A stretch of DNA of 64,000 nucleotides from an uncultured archaeon (lineage in GTDB: Archaea > Thermoproteota > Nitrososphaeria > Nitrososphaerales > Gagatemarchaeaceae), in contig CAWFOU010000007.1 in NCBI GenBank assembly GCA_963817525.1, positions 448,001-512,000 on the forward strand, read 5' to 3'. This document shows, one piece after another, positions 18,542-28,715 of this stretch. The notes under the pieces are model-generated. The model did no database searches. It worked only from the letters and a program-made list of their open reading frames with translations, and was not told where the DNA came from. A program made the translations under genes and the position numbers. Position 1 is the first letter of the stretch, and every line of letters starts with the position of its first letter.

Positions 18542-19678
18542 TCGACGCGGGAAGAACGGGGACGCGCAATCTTCGAGAGGGGAACTGAGGTCTCAAGGAT
18601 GGATGAGAACAGCTATTGGGTCAGGTCTCAATCAAGAGATGTAAGATATGATGTCTTTTCTACTGAGGGCGGTTGGAATTGCTCTTGCCCCGACTTCACC
18701 TATCGCAGAATAGAGTGCAAGCACGTAGTGGCTGTTCGCCTTTCTCTTGGAATCAGAGAAGAGGTCAAAGCACAACAGGCCCAAGTCAGGCAAATTGAGC
18801 AGATAGAGGCGAAGGCTTGCCTCGCTTGCGGCTCATCCAACCTGATGAAGTGGGGGGTAAGACACAACAAGGCGGGCGACATTCAGAAGTTCAAGTGCCG
18901 CGAGTGTGGGAGATTCTTCACAGTCAATATCGGCTTCGAGCGCATGAAGCATAATCCCAGGGCGATCACTGCCGCGATGCAACTCTACTTCTCTGGGGAA
19001 TCGCTGAGAAACACCAAGAGGTCTCTGGAGCTTCTAGGCGTGAAGGTTGACCACACGACAGTTTACGCCTGGATTAAGAAATACGTCAACCTAATGCAGA
19101 GATATACCGACAATATTGCGCCGAATGTCTCCGACACTTGGAGAGCCGATGAACTCTTCTTGAAGGTCAAAGGCGATTTGAAGTATCTTTATGCTCTGAT
19201 GGATGATGAGACGCGCTACTGGATTGCTCAGGAGGTTGCAGAGACAAAATACACGCATGATGTCCGCAAACTCTTCCAAAGCGCGAAGGAGATTGCAGGT
19301 AAGATTCCTCAAACTTTCATCACCGATGGCGCGAGTAGCTTCCACGATGCCTACCGCAAGGAGTTCCTTTCGCCCTACGGTGAGACCCCGAGCGCGGTTC
19401 ACATTCGAGACATCAGGTTCGACGGCTCGGTTCACAACAACAAAATGGAGCGCCTGAACGGCGAAGTCAGAGACCGCGAAAAGACCATGCGGGGGCTGAA
19501 AAGAATGGATACGCCTATCCTCAAAGGGACTCAGATTTACCACAATTTCATCAAGCCACACGAGGGCCTTGGAGGGAAGACTCCCGCAGAGGCCGCAGGA
19601 ATCAAAGTCGAGGGCGAGAACCTTTGGTTAACGCTGATTCAGAATGCCGCCAAGAAGGATTCTCGGAAGGAAGATTAA
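18527..19678 (+). CDS. IS6-family DDE transposase with N-terminal SWIM zinc finger and zinc ribbon
   Basis: SWIM CSCPDF...CKH; CLAC...CREC; HTH SLRNT...VDHTTVYAWIKKY; WRADE, FITDG, NNKMERLNG, HNFIKPHEGL.GKTPAE. Confidence 0.93.
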   Translation: MIVSGSTREERGRAIFERGTEVSRMDENSYWVRSQSRDVRYDVFSTEGGWNCSCPDFTYRRIECKHVVAVRLSLGIREEVKAQQAQVRQIEQIEAKACLACGSSNLMKWGVRHNKAGDIQKFKCRECGRFFTVNIGFERMKHNPRAITAAMQLYFSGESLRNTKRSLELLGVKVDHTTVYAWIKKYVNLMQRYTDNIAPNVSDTWRADELFLKVKGDLKYLYALMDDETRYWIAQEVAETKYTHDVRKLFQSAKEIAGKIPQTFITDGASSFHDAYRKEFLSPYGETPSAVHIRDIRFDGSVHNNKMERLNGEVRDREKTMRGLKRMDTPILKGTQIYHNFIKPHEGLGGKTPAEAAGIKVEGENLWLTLIQNAAKKDSRKED

Positions 19679-19715
19679 CAAGCCTTAAAGGCAACGGAAC
19701 ACTCTTCGGAATCTC

Positions 19716-19979
19716 ATGCGACCCTTGAAGGCAGGCGTTCTAGTGATTCTCGCCCTGTTTTCAATCGGTGCTTTTGCGCTACTTGTCCCGGTAATCCCAA
19801 CAACCGTCGGCTCTAACTTCCATTGCACTCCCCAACAATCAAACGACCTCGACTTTTCTTGGGGTCATGGAGGATGCTATTCTCAAGGCATGGCCTCATT
19901 GACTTGGTATGCGTTTGGGTATGGCGCTTACTTCACTCTCGGGTCGTATGTCCCGCCAATCCAAAGAGGCCAGCAGTAG
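19716..19979 (+). CDS. Small membrane-anchored passenger protein
   Basis: N-terminal TM segment, two Cys, SLTWYAFGYGA; lies inside the IS6 element. Confidence 0.55.
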   Translation: MRPLKAGVLVILALFSIGAFALLVPVIPTTVGSNFHCTPQQSNDLDFSWGHGGCYSQGMASLTWYAFGYGAYFTLGSYVPPIQRGQQ

Positions 19980-20192
19980 ACCCATTACCGCTTACAGTTA
20001 ACGCCCTAACCCAGATGCCGAGGAGTTAAGAGAACACCAGTCGCCAAACGAAAATCAACAGTCACAGTCAGGAAGAAAACCAAACATAGACCCAACAGAA
20101 CCGAAGGGCCCGCGCCGGAAGCGGGCCATTTTCTTCGTTAGAATTAACCTAACCAAATGCTTATACCCGCTCCTCTCGCATTTGCAGAGCTA

Positions 20193-21383
20193 ATGCAGTA
20201 CACGAGGGGGATTTCGACAGGGGCCGCTGCTGCGGCAATCATAGTGGTGGCCATTCTGGTGGGGGGAGGAGTGTACGCCGCCACTTCAAGCTCAGCAAAG
20301 ACCGTCACTTCGACGGAGACGATGTCGTCCTCCGGCGCGATGGCAACCACCACCGTGACGAGCACGATGATGGAGAGCGCGTCGGGAAGCTCCTCCGCAA
20401 TTCCTGAAGACCTCGTCGCCGCGTGCGCCGCCGAAGGCAACACTGTTACTCTTTACGACTCGTTCACCACCACGGCGAACGCGATAGTGGTGAAGGACTG
20501 GAACGCGGAGTTCCCGCAGATCACTCTGACCGCCACGCCCGGCCTGACCGCGGCCTCCGTCAACCAGATGGCGCTCACTCAGTATCAGGCGGGCAAGGTG
20601 CAGGCGGACGTCATCAGCAACGCGCTCGCCTCCCTGATGGCGCTGAACGGCTCGGGGGTGCTCGCGCCGTTCAACAACGTCGACGAGCAGCTCGAAGGGT
20701 ACACCCCTGGGTACACGATCGCGCCCGGCCTGATACACCCCTCGACCGAAGACATCGACCTGTTGGCCTACAACACTAAGCTGATTACCAGCACCGCGAG
20801 CCTGCCGACCACCATACAGGGCCTGGAGCAGTCCCAGTGGAGCGGCAAGATTGCCATCGATAACCCCTCGACCGGCAGCGTGGCGCCGGAGTACTTTGCG
20901 AGCTTCGAGCCCTCGTTGGGCAACGCCTCGTGGACTGCGGTCATGAAGGGGATAGCGGCGAACGACCCGATACTCACGACCGCAGGCTCGGCGTCGCTCT
21001 CTGACTTGGAGAGCGGTCAGGCGGAGCTCGCGGTGGTCTTGCTGAGCGCGTACAACACCGCGGTGGCCGCCGGGGACCCTGTAGCCGTGGTCCCAGGCTT
21101 CTACGGTCAGGCTCATGTGACCGGGATTTCGCTTGCCACGGACGCGCCCCAGCCGGCCTGCGGGCAGCTGCTCGTCGAGTGGTGGGCCTCCTACTCCGGG
21201 CAGGAGATGATAGTCCAGAGCGGCAGGGGAGCGCAGCTGCCCAGTGTGAGGGCCATCAACGCGACTCAAATCATAGGGTCACTCCCGTCTTCGACGACGG
21301 TCGAGCCGCCCTCCAACGTCCCCACCAGCTACTACACCGACAATCCCGGATGGCAAAGCTACTACGCGACCATATTCGGATAA
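20193..21383 (+). CDS. ABC transporter substrate-binding protein (Fe3+/thiamine class)
   Basis: ATG 20193 with class III-like signal (RG/IST plus hydrophobic helix), Ser/Thr linker, AEGNTVTLY, ADVI, LAYNT, WSGKIAIDNP. Confidence 0.88.
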   Translation: MQYTRGISTGAAAAAIIVVAILVGGGVYAATSSSAKTVTSTETMSSSGAMATTTVTSTMMESASGSSSAIPEDLVAACAAEGNTVTLYDSFTTTANAIVVKDWNAEFPQITLTATPGLTAASVNQMALTQYQAGKVQADVISNALASLMALNGSGVLAPFNNVDEQLEGYTPGYTIAPGLIHPSTEDIDLLAYNTKLITSTASLPTTIQGLEQSQWSGKIAIDNPSTGSVAPEYFASFEPSLGNASWTAVMKGIAANDPILTTAGSASLSDLESGQAELAVVLLSAYNTAVAAGDPVAVVPGFYGQAHVTGISLATDAPQPACGQLLVEWWASYSGQEMIVQSGRGAQLPSVRAINATQIIGSLPSSTTVEPPSNVPTSYYTDNPGWQSYYATIFG

Positions 21384-21422
21384 GGTCAAAGGTCATAACG
21401 CGGTCGGGGTAGCTTAGACCGC

Positions 21423-23105
21423 TTGGCCAGAGCGCCCGTCATAATTTTTGTCGCGTTCTCGGTCTTCTTCGTCATCCCCCTCGTCTTCGTGGTCTGGGGG
21501 GCCTTCGTGCCCTCCTTCCTGTCGAAGAACGTCACCCTGAAGTTCGTTGAGCTCGCCTTCACCTCGGCGAAGACCGTGGTGGTCCTCCGCAACTCGCTGG
21601 AGCTCGCGGTGGGGAGCAGCGTCCTCGCGTTGACGATAGGGACGGTCTACGCAGGGCTGGTCGCCAGGACCGACATCCCCGGGAAGCTGTTCTTCACGTC
21701 GGCCACGACCGGCCGGCTCATCATCCCGATCCTCGGGGAGGCCTTCTCGTGGATACTCCTCCTCAGCCCTAGCATAGGGCTCATCAACGTGGGCGCCGAG
21801 GACCTCCTCGGGACGACCCATCCCATATTCAACATCTTCTCGATGGGGGGCCTCATCCTCGCGGGAGGGATAGGGGCGACCCCCTTCGCGTTCCTGGTCC
21901 TCGAGCCGGCCTTCCTAGCCATGAACAGCGCCTACGAAGAGTCCTCACGGGTCGCCGGCGTCGGCAGGCTACGGACGGCGCTGGGCGTGACGCTGCCCCT
22001 GGCCACGCCGGCCTTGGTCTCGGCCTTCCTCATCTCGTTCATCGGCTCGCTTGAGACCCTGGAGTACCCCCTCATCATCGGGACCAACGCGAGGATAACC
22101 ACCCTCTCGACCGAGGTCTACAACCTGGCGAACGCGAGCCAGTACTCGCTCGCCGCGGCCTACGGCCTGTTCTTCATCCTCGTGATCGTGATACTCCTGG
22201 CTGCATACCTCTGGGCAACGCGGAGGGCCTACCGCTTCCAGACAGTGGGGGGCCGCGGCTCGCAGCACACCGTGCTCGAGCTGGGGAGGTGGAGGTGGCC
22301 GGCGTTCTTCCTGCTGCTCATTCCCGTCATAATGTTCCTGTTCATGTCGCTTACCGTCCTGACGCTGGTCTCGCTCGTGAAGGTCTATACGGTGGTCGGC
22401 CACGCTAACCCCTTCACCTCGTTCACGCTCGCTAACTACGAGGCGGTGGTCAAGATCCCGCTCTTCTGGGAGGCGTTCAAGAACAGCATCATCCTGTCGT
22501 TCGGCGCGGGGGCCCTCACCACAATCCTCGGGGCGGTGATGTCTTACGTTCTGGTGAAGGGCAAGACGAGGGGGAGGAACATCCTGTATTTCATCAGCAA
22601 CCTGCCGCTCGCCTTCCCGGGCGTCGTCTACTCCATCGCCCTGCTCTGGACCTTCCTCCTCATACCCCTGGTCAACGAGTACGTCTACGGGACCATCTGG
22701 GTCATGCTCGTGGGCCTGGTGGTCATCTTCTCGCCCTTCGCCATCCGGCTCATCTCGCCGGGCCTCGCCCAGCTTTCGGACGAGCTCGAGGAGGCGGCCG
22801 CAGTCGCGGGGTCGTCCTGGTGGAGGAGGTTCAGGAGCGTGACCCTGCCGCTGCTGAGGGCCAGCCTGGTCAACTCGTTCGCCTACGTGATGCTCAACGC
22901 GTTCCGAGAGCTCGGGGCGGTGGCCCTCCTTTACAACGCGTCCTCGATACTCATTATAATCATCGCCCTCAGCTCGTACGACAACAGCGGGTCACTGCCT
23001 CAGACCGCGGCCATCTTCGTGATGATGATGCTATTCTCCGCCGCGGTCCTGGTGGTCACGCGGGTGATGTCGAGGCAGACCTTTAGGATGCAGACGCCGG
23101 TCTAG
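21423..23105 (+). CDS. ABC transporter permease (FbpB-like, duplicated domain)
   Basis: About 12 TM segments; two EAA loops (YEESSRVAG, LEEAAAVAG). Confidence 0.92.
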   Translation: MARAPVIIFVAFSVFFVIPLVFVVWGAFVPSFLSKNVTLKFVELAFTSAKTVVVLRNSLELAVGSSVLALTIGTVYAGLVARTDIPGKLFFTSATTGRLIIPILGEAFSWILLLSPSIGLINVGAEDLLGTTHPIFNIFSMGGLILAGGIGATPFAFLVLEPAFLAMNSAYEESSRVAGVGRLRTALGVTLPLATPALVSAFLISFIGSLETLEYPLIIGTNARITTLSTEVYNLANASQYSLAAAYGLFFILVIVILLAAYLWATRRAYRFQTVGGRGSQHTVLELGRWRWPAFFLLLIPVIMFLFMSLTVLTLVSLVKVYTVVGHANPFTSFTLANYEAVVKIPLFWEAFKNSIILSFGAGALTTILGAVMSYVLVKGKTRGRNILYFISNLPLAFPGVVYSIALLWTFLLIPLVNEYVYGTIWVMLVGLVVIFSPFAIRLISPGLAQLSDELEEAAAVAGSSWWRRFRSVTLPLLRASLVNSFAYVMLNAFRELGAVALLYNASSILIIIIALSSYDNSGSLPQTAAIFVMMMLFSAAVLVVTRVMSRQTFRMQTPV

Positions 23106-23167
23106 GGTGCGCGCGACTGGCCGTTTCCGGGGCGCTCGCTCAAAATATATACCTCCGCGCGCCCGAT

Positions 23168-24280
23168 TTGCGCGTGTCCCTGAACGGGGCTGCGAAGATA
23201 CAGGTGGAGGACGTCGTCAAGCTCTACGGGAAGGTCGAGGCGGTCAAGGGGGTCTCGTTCACCGCCTCCGAGGGCGAGATCCTCGGGCTCCTCGGGCCTA
23301 GCGGGTGCGGGAAGACCACGCTCCTCAGGTGCATCGCGGGCCTGGAGCAGATCGACGGCGGGAAGATAATCCTCGAGGGGAAGGTCGTCACCTCGCCCGC
23401 CGACAAGATATTCGTCCCCCCTGAGAAGCGCCGCCTCGGGTTCGTATTCCAGAGCTACGCCCTCTGGCCCCACATGACGGTGAGGCAGAACATCGCCTAC
23501 GTCCTGACGGGCCTCTCGAAGGATCAGAAGAGCGAGAGGATCGCGGGTTCCCTAGAGCTCGTTGGGCTCCCCGACATCGGCGACCGCTACCCGTCCCAGC
23601 TCAGCGGGGGGCAGCAGCAGAGGGTGGCCCTCGCGAGGAGCGTCTCGTATCAGCCCAAGCTGCTGCTGCTAGACGAGCCCCTGAGCAACCTCGACCAGAA
23701 GGAGCGCGAGAGGGTCAGGGGGGAGCTCAGGACGCTCCTCAAGCGGATAGGGATAACGACCATCTTCGTCACCCACGACCAAGAAGAGTCCTTCGTCATC
23801 TGCGATAGGGTCATCCTCATGAACCTGGGAAAGATCGAACAGGAGGGCACGCCGGACGAACTCTACGCCTCGCCGGCTGACCTCTTCGTCGCCGAGTTCA
23901 TCGGCAGGGGGAACATACTGGGGGCCGAGGTCAAGGAGGTGGACGCGGCGACCCACACGGCGACCCTGAGAGTCCAGGACGTGGGCGCTGATCTCTCCTG
24001 TGAGTATGACGGGGATTTCCCCGCCAAGGTCTCTTCCATCGTGATAAGGCGCAACGAGATAAACCTCAGCAAGGCCAAGCCGAGCTTCAACGAGAACGTG
24101 CTGAGCGGGAAGGTGGTGTCAAGGGAGTACAGGGGGGCAGTCACGGACATCAAGATCCGCGTCGGAAGCGCCGACATCGTCGTGACGAAGCACAAGTTCG
24201 AGCCCGATTCGGACACCATCGACGGAGAGGCGATCTATCTCTATGTGCCTCCGCGGGCGATCAAGCCTGTGGCGGGCTGA
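23168..24280 (+). CDS. ABC transporter ATP-binding protein (FbpC/PotA-like)
   Basis: GPSGCGKTT, FQSYALWPH, LSGGQQQR, LLDEP, VTHDQEE, C-terminal TOBE-like region. Confidence 0.95.
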   Translation: MRVSLNGAAKIQVEDVVKLYGKVEAVKGVSFTASEGEILGLLGPSGCGKTTLLRCIAGLEQIDGGKIILEGKVVTSPADKIFVPPEKRRLGFVFQSYALWPHMTVRQNIAYVLTGLSKDQKSERIAGSLELVGLPDIGDRYPSQLSGGQQQRVALARSVSYQPKLLLLDEPLSNLDQKERERVRGELRTLLKRIGITTIFVTHDQEESFVICDRVILMNLGKIEQEGTPDELYASPADLFVAEFIGRGNILGAEVKEVDAATHTATLRVQDVGADLSCEYDGDFPAKVSSIVIRRNEINLSKAKPSFNENVLSGKVVSREYRGAVTDIKIRVGSADIVVTKHKFEPDSDTIDGEAIYLYVPPRAIKPVAG

Positions 24281-24286
24281 GCTCGG

Positions 24287-26695
24287 CTACCCCTTCGCGC
24301 GGCTCGCCCTGATCAGGGACCAGAGCTTGTACTGGGTGAGGGGGAGGTCGGTTATCTTCACGCGGTAGTCGGAGAGGGCGTCCTCCACCGCGCTCGCGAT
24401 GGCGGGGAAGACTGGGATGGTTGGCCCCTCTCCGACCGCCTTGCTCCCGGTCGCGGTGAAGGGCGAGGGGTACTCCAGGTGCCCCACCTCGACGTCCGGG
24501 GTGTCGGCGGCGGTGTTCTTCAGGTAGTCCGCGAAGGTGGACGTAAGCATCTGCCCGTCGTCGTCCCAGAGCATCTCCTCCCTCAGGGCGGCCGAGACGA
24601 TGTGGGCGACGTGGCCGTGTATCTGCCCCTCGACCACCGCTGGGTTGATGAGGACGCCCGCGTCGTGGGTGACCACGTACTTCAGCACGGAGGCCTTCCC
24701 CGTCTCCTCGTCCACCTCGACGACGGCGACGTGCACCTGGCTCCCGTAGTTGTTGTGGCCCATCACTCGCCTTTCCTTGTCGGGCAGGTCCGCGTAGGGG
24801 TAGAAGTAGTAGGCCGTCTCGTGGAGGCCCGGCTCGACCCCGGGCGGGAGGTTCTCTGCCCTCACCCTGTCGTAGGCGGCCTGGGCGACCTCTGCGATGG
24901 GGACGGCCCTCGCGCTGTCCCTGACGAATGCCCTGCCCTCGTCCAGCTCTATGTCGTCTGGCTGGGCGTCGAGGAGGTGCGCGGCGAACTTCTGAATCTT
25001 CGCCCTGACCTTCCTGGACGCCGCGACGATCGCCCCCATGTCTATGCTGGTGAACGAGTCGGCGCCAGTGCCCGAGGTGCTCGACCAAGGGTTGCTGATG
25101 CTGTCGAAGACGGAGGAGACCTCGATGTCGTCGGGCGAGATGCCCAGCTCGTCCGCCACGACCTGGGAGGTGGTGGTCTCGTGGCTCTGGCCCCAGTTGG
25201 TCGCCCCTATCTGGACGGTGACCTTCCCCAAAGGGTTCATCCTCACGGTGGCGCCGGCGAGCCTCTGGCCGGGGAGGTTGGGGCCGCCCCTCACCATCTG
25301 CTCCCTCCCGGGGTTCGCGCCTCCGGGGTCGACGTTGCAGGCTATCCCTATCCCGACGCGCCTCCCCTCAGCCCTCAGCCTCTTCTGCTCCTCCCTCCAG
25401 CGCTCGTAGCCGACCATCTCGAGGGCCTTGTCGAGGAGCTCGCCAAAGTTCCCGGCGTCTATCACGTTCCCGCTGGGCGTGCGGTAGGGTAGCTCGTCAG
25501 TGGGGACGAAGTTCCTGCGCCTTATCTCCGCGGGGTCGAGGCCGAGCTCCTTCGCCGCGAAGTCGACCATCCGCTCGAGGATGAAGCCCATGTGCGGCTT
25601 GCTCAGGCCCCTGTTCGAGCCGCCCGGCCCCTTGTTGGTGGCGACCGAGTAGGCCTCGAGGGAGACGCTCTTCATCTTGTAGAGGCCCGTGATGTTCGTG
25701 AGCTTGACGGTGTTGTAGTAGCCCGCGTAGTACGCGGAGCCCCCCTCGTTGGTGATGTCCTTGAGCCTGTGGCCGAGGATCGTGCCGTCCTTCTTCACGG
25801 CCAGCTCCATGTAGTAGACCGCGTCCCTAGCCCCGTTCGTCCCCGCCATCAGCATCTCCCTCCTGTCCTTGACGTACTTCACGGGCCTCCCGGCCTTCCA
25901 GGAGAGGAGCGAGGCGATCGTCATGTCCATGAGCGAGACGCTCCACCTCTCCCCAAAGGTCCCCCCGGTGTCGGGGATGACGAACCTGACCTTGACGTCC
26001 TTGACGGGGAAGCCTGTGGTCCGGGCCCTCAGCGACCCCGAGCCCGTCGCGTTGCAGTAGAAGGTGAGGGTGTTCTGGGCCTGGTCGTAGTGCGCCGTGA
26101 CCGTGTCGGGCTCGAGGGGGGTCGAGCTGTAGCGGTGGACGGAGAAGCGCTCCTTCAGGACGAGGTCGGCGTCCCTGAAGGCCGAGGCCACGTCGCCGTA
26201 CTCCAGGTTGATGGAGGAGAATGTGTTGTTCTCCACGTCCTTGAATATCCTGGGCGACCCGGGCTTCATCGCCTCCTCGGGGTCGACGACCGCGGGGAGC
26301 TGCTCGTACTCGACCTGGATGAGGTCGAGGGCGTCCTCAGCGAGCCCCCTGGTCTCGGCGGCAACGGCGGCCACACCCTGCCCCGCGTAGACGGCCTTCT
26401 CCACGGCCAGGGCGTACTCCTTGATGGGGTAGCCCGTCCTGCTGGTCATGGGGTTGGTGAGGGAGGGCAGCTCAGGCCCCGTGAGGGTGGCGACGACGCC
26501 CTTGAGCTTCAGGGCCTTCGAGACGTCTATGCTCTTGATTCTGGCGTGGGCGTGGGGGCTCCTCAGCACTGCGGCGTAGAGCGTCTGCTTCAGCTGGATG
26601 TCGTCGGAGTAGAGGCCCTTCCCTTGGACGAACCTGCGGTCTTCCTTGACCCTGATCGACTTGCCGACCCATCGCCGGACGGCAGGCCGGCTCAT
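24287..26695 (-). CDS. Xanthine dehydrogenase family molybdopterin-binding large subunit (CoxL/CutL-like)
   Basis: RVKEDRRFVQGKG.Y.DD, RSPHAHARI, GGTFG, GQSHETT, DAG..INP..VEGQIHG, GSKAVGEG. Active-site loop is GSNRGLSK. Confidence 0.93.
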   Translation of the reverse strand: MSRPAVRRWVGKSIRVKEDRRFVQGKGLYSDDIQLKQTLYAAVLRSPHAHARIKSIDVSKALKLKGVVATLTGPELPSLTNPMTSRTGYPIKEYALAVEKAVYAGQGVAAVAAETRGLAEDALDLIQVEYEQLPAVVDPEEAMKPGSPRIFKDVENNTFSSINLEYGDVASAFRDADLVLKERFSVHRYSSTPLEPDTVTAHYDQAQNTLTFYCNATGSGSLRARTTGFPVKDVKVRFVIPDTGGTFGERWSVSLMDMTIASLLSWKAGRPVKYVKDRREMLMAGTNGARDAVYYMELAVKKDGTILGHRLKDITNEGGSAYYAGYYNTVKLTNITGLYKMKSVSLEAYSVATNKGPGGSNRGLSKPHMGFILERMVDFAAKELGLDPAEIRRRNFVPTDELPYRTPSGNVIDAGNFGELLDKALEMVGYERWREEQKRLRAEGRRVGIGIACNVDPGGANPGREQMVRGGPNLPGQRLAGATVRMNPLGKVTVQIGATNWGQSHETTTSQVVADELGISPDDIEVSSVFDSISNPWSSTSGTGADSFTSIDMGAIVAASRKVRAKIQKFAAHLLDAQPDDIELDEGRAFVRDSARAVPIAEVAQAAYDRVRAENLPPGVEPGLHETAYYFYPYADLPDKERRVMGHNNYGSQVHVAVVEVDEETGKASVLKYVVTHDAGVLINPAVVEGQIHGHVAHIVSAALREEMLWDDDGQMLTSTFADYLKNTAADTPDVEVGHLEYPSPFTATGSKAVGEGPTIPVFPAIASAVEDALSDYRVKITDLPLTQYKLWSLIRASRAKG

Positions 26696-26786
26696 CGTCG
26701 GGCCTCATCCCTCGTCAACGGGTCGCCTCCGGCGCCTTCAGGTCTCGTGTGGATTCTGAGGCCGCGAGAGTATTTACTCTTTGCAG

Positions 26787-27191
26787 TCAAGGAAGGAACG
26801 TGCACTTCATCACGGTCCATGCGCTGCCGGGTTGAACGGCAAAATCCGTCGAGATGCTCGTGACAACGTACCCGACGGAATTTGTTGTGTTGGTTTCGCT
26901 TGCAACGAGGTACGGGGGGTGAATGTTAGCTGCAGGACCAGGCCCTCCCTGATAGCCGACGTCGCCCACGGAATAATAACTCGTCTCCGCGCAGAGCACC
27001 TCCTGCAAGCCTGTTCCTGAAATCACGGTGACGTGCCCGAGGATAGTCGTCGTTGTTTGGCGGCCGGAGACGGTCAAGGTCAAAACTGTGGTGGGGGGAG
27101 GGGATGTGAGCAAGAATGCAAGAAGGACGCCGACCACAAGAAATGCGGCAAGGACAGCGGGCACGATGCGCCTTGTTTTCATCATCTTCAT
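26787..27191 (-). CDS. Membrane-anchored Thr-rich hypothetical protein
   Basis: N-terminal TM segment, Thr-rich body, two Cys. Confidence 0.6.
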   Translation of the reverse strand: MKMMKTRRIVPAVLAAFLVVGVLLAFLLTSPPPTTVLTLTVSGRQTTTTILGHVTVISGTGLQEVLCAETSYYSVGDVGYQGGPGPAANIHPPYLVASETNTTNSVGYVVTSISTDFAVQPGSAWTVMKCTFLP

Positions 27192-27278
27192 CAGGCGCTC
27201 CCGCGGTTTAACTTTTCTAGGATAGGGCTCGCGAAGTCCGAGGTACGCTTATATCGCCACGCGGGCCGAAAATCCGAC

Positions 27279-28631
27279 GTGCCAAAGGTCGCCGTGATAG
27301 GGGCCGGCTTCGCGGGAGTTAGCGCGGCCGCCTGCGCGCGCAACGCGGGGGCCGAGGTAACCCTGGTGGAGCGGACCGACGAGCTCCTCGGCGCCGGGCG
27401 AAACTCCGGCATATTCTACAACGACGGCAGGCAGGCGGGGAGCGAGGAGCTAAAGGCGCTGGGAGGGGGTTACATCCTCGACATCATCGAGAACCCTCCT
27501 GTCCTGACGCACCCCCGCACCGACATGAACTGGAACGCCGTGGACGACCTGAAGCAGCAGATACACACGCAGGCGATCTTCCACTGCATGAGGGCGGAGA
27601 CCCACATCAGGAAGTACCTCAAGGACATCGGGGTGGAGCTGATATTCGCGAACAAGGCGGTCGACGTCGAGCTGGGGAGGTCCCAGCAGTCCAAGGGGGA
27701 CGTCGTCCTCAAGGTCGTCCTTGAGAAGGGCCAGAGGCTCGAGTGCGACGCCTTCGTCGATACGTCAGGCGGGGCGGGCGGGATCCAGGTCTGCGAGCAG
27801 TACGGCTACGGTTGCGTAGAGTGCATTTACCGCTGCAACACCTTCGGGGACAGGGTCAGCATAGCCACGAAGGCGGGCGCGCCCGAGCTGAGAAAGCTAC
27901 GCGACTCGAAGCATGGCGGAGGCTTCGGAGGGCTGACCTCGGCCTGCGCTTTCCACGACGACTCGATAGACCCCGAGCTCCTGGCCAACGTGAAGAGGGA
28001 GGGGAGCTGGAAGGTGCAGGTCCCCGAGGAGGTCCAGCAGATGACCAAGATAGGCCTGAGCACCAACCTTCCCTACGACCCGTCGCACGTGACCTCGATG
28101 AAGGTGGCGTACCCGGGCTTCTTCAAGGCCAACGGGATGGTCTTCATGCCCCTCGAGGACGTCAGGAAGATACCCGGCTTCAAGGACGCGAGGTACTCAG
28201 ACCCGCTCGGCGGGGGGAAGGGGAACGCGGTCCGCTTCATGTCCATGGCCCCGAGGGATAACACCCTGAGGGTGCAGGGCTTCAGGAACCTCTTCGTGGG
28301 AGGGGAGAAGGGCGGCCCGACCGTGGGGATACAGGAGTGCATGATCACAGGCGCCCTTGCGGGGCACAACGCCGCGCGGGTGGCCTTCGGCAAGGAGCCG
28401 CTGGGCCTCCCCAGGGAGACCTTGATCGGCGACTTTGTGGCCTATGTGGGGGAGATGATGACCGGCGAGGAGGGCCTGAAGCAGACCTACTCCCTGACCA
28501 AGCCCCCTTATAGGAAGAGGATGGCCGAGAGGGGCTGGTGGTCCAGGACCGTGCCCCAGGCCGTCGAGGAGTCGAAGCGCAGGATAGAGGCCGCCGGCCT
28601 AACTGGCGTGATGGCGCAGAAGCTTGGCTAG
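27279..28631 (+). CDS. FAD-dependent oxidoreductase, GidA/TrmFO-like superfamily
   Basis: Probable GTG start 27279. KVAVIGAGFAG, VERTD.LLG.G, C..YGYGCVEC.YRC..FG.RVSI, NLFVGGEK, TGALAGHNA. Confidence 0.8.
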   Translation: MPKVAVIGAGFAGVSAAACARNAGAEVTLVERTDELLGAGRNSGIFYNDGRQAGSEELKALGGGYILDIIENPPVLTHPRTDMNWNAVDDLKQQIHTQAIFHCMRAETHIRKYLKDIGVELIFANKAVDVELGRSQQSKGDVVLKVVLEKGQRLECDAFVDTSGGAGGIQVCEQYGYGCVECIYRCNTFGDRVSIATKAGAPELRKLRDSKHGGGFGGLTSACAFHDDSIDPELLANVKREGSWKVQVPEEVQQMTKIGLSTNLPYDPSHVTSMKVAYPGFFKANGMVFMPLEDVRKIPGFKDARYSDPLGGGKGNAVRFMSMAPRDNTLRVQGFRNLFVGGEKGGPTVGIQECMITGALAGHNAARVAFGKEPLGLPRETLIGDFVAYVGEMMTGEEGLKQTYSLTKPPYRKRMAERGWWSRTVPQAVEESKRRIEAAGLTGVMAQKLG

Positions 28632-28715
28632 GACGCCGGGCAAGCAAGCTCCGATAGAAGAGCGCTAGCATAATCAGAAATAGCCCTGCAATGTCTTTTT
28701 GCAAGGTGAATTACG

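Larger units (their letters stand above)
17011..20102. mobile_element. IS6-family element with passenger genes (3092 bp)
   Basis: Left end GGTTCTGGTGAGTCCTCGTTTGGTT (17011-17035) matches the reverse complement of the right end (20078-20102) GGTTCTGTTGGGTCTATGTTTGGTT at 20/25. The 8-bp direct repeat GAAGGGCC lies at 17003-17010 and 20103-20110. Interior is lower GC and includes a DDE transposase. Confidence 0.92.

Noticed and set aside
20107-20127. Hairpin GGCCCGC-N7-GCGGGCC as part of the IS end
   Set aside because: It lies outside the TIR, overlapping the target duplication, so it is host sequence; a 7-bp GC stem is weak evidence for a terminator.
27033-27278. N-terminal extension of the flavoprotein
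   Set aside because: It overlaps a minus-strand gene; the Rossmann motif follows GTG 27279, which has CTTATAT about 25 nt upstream.
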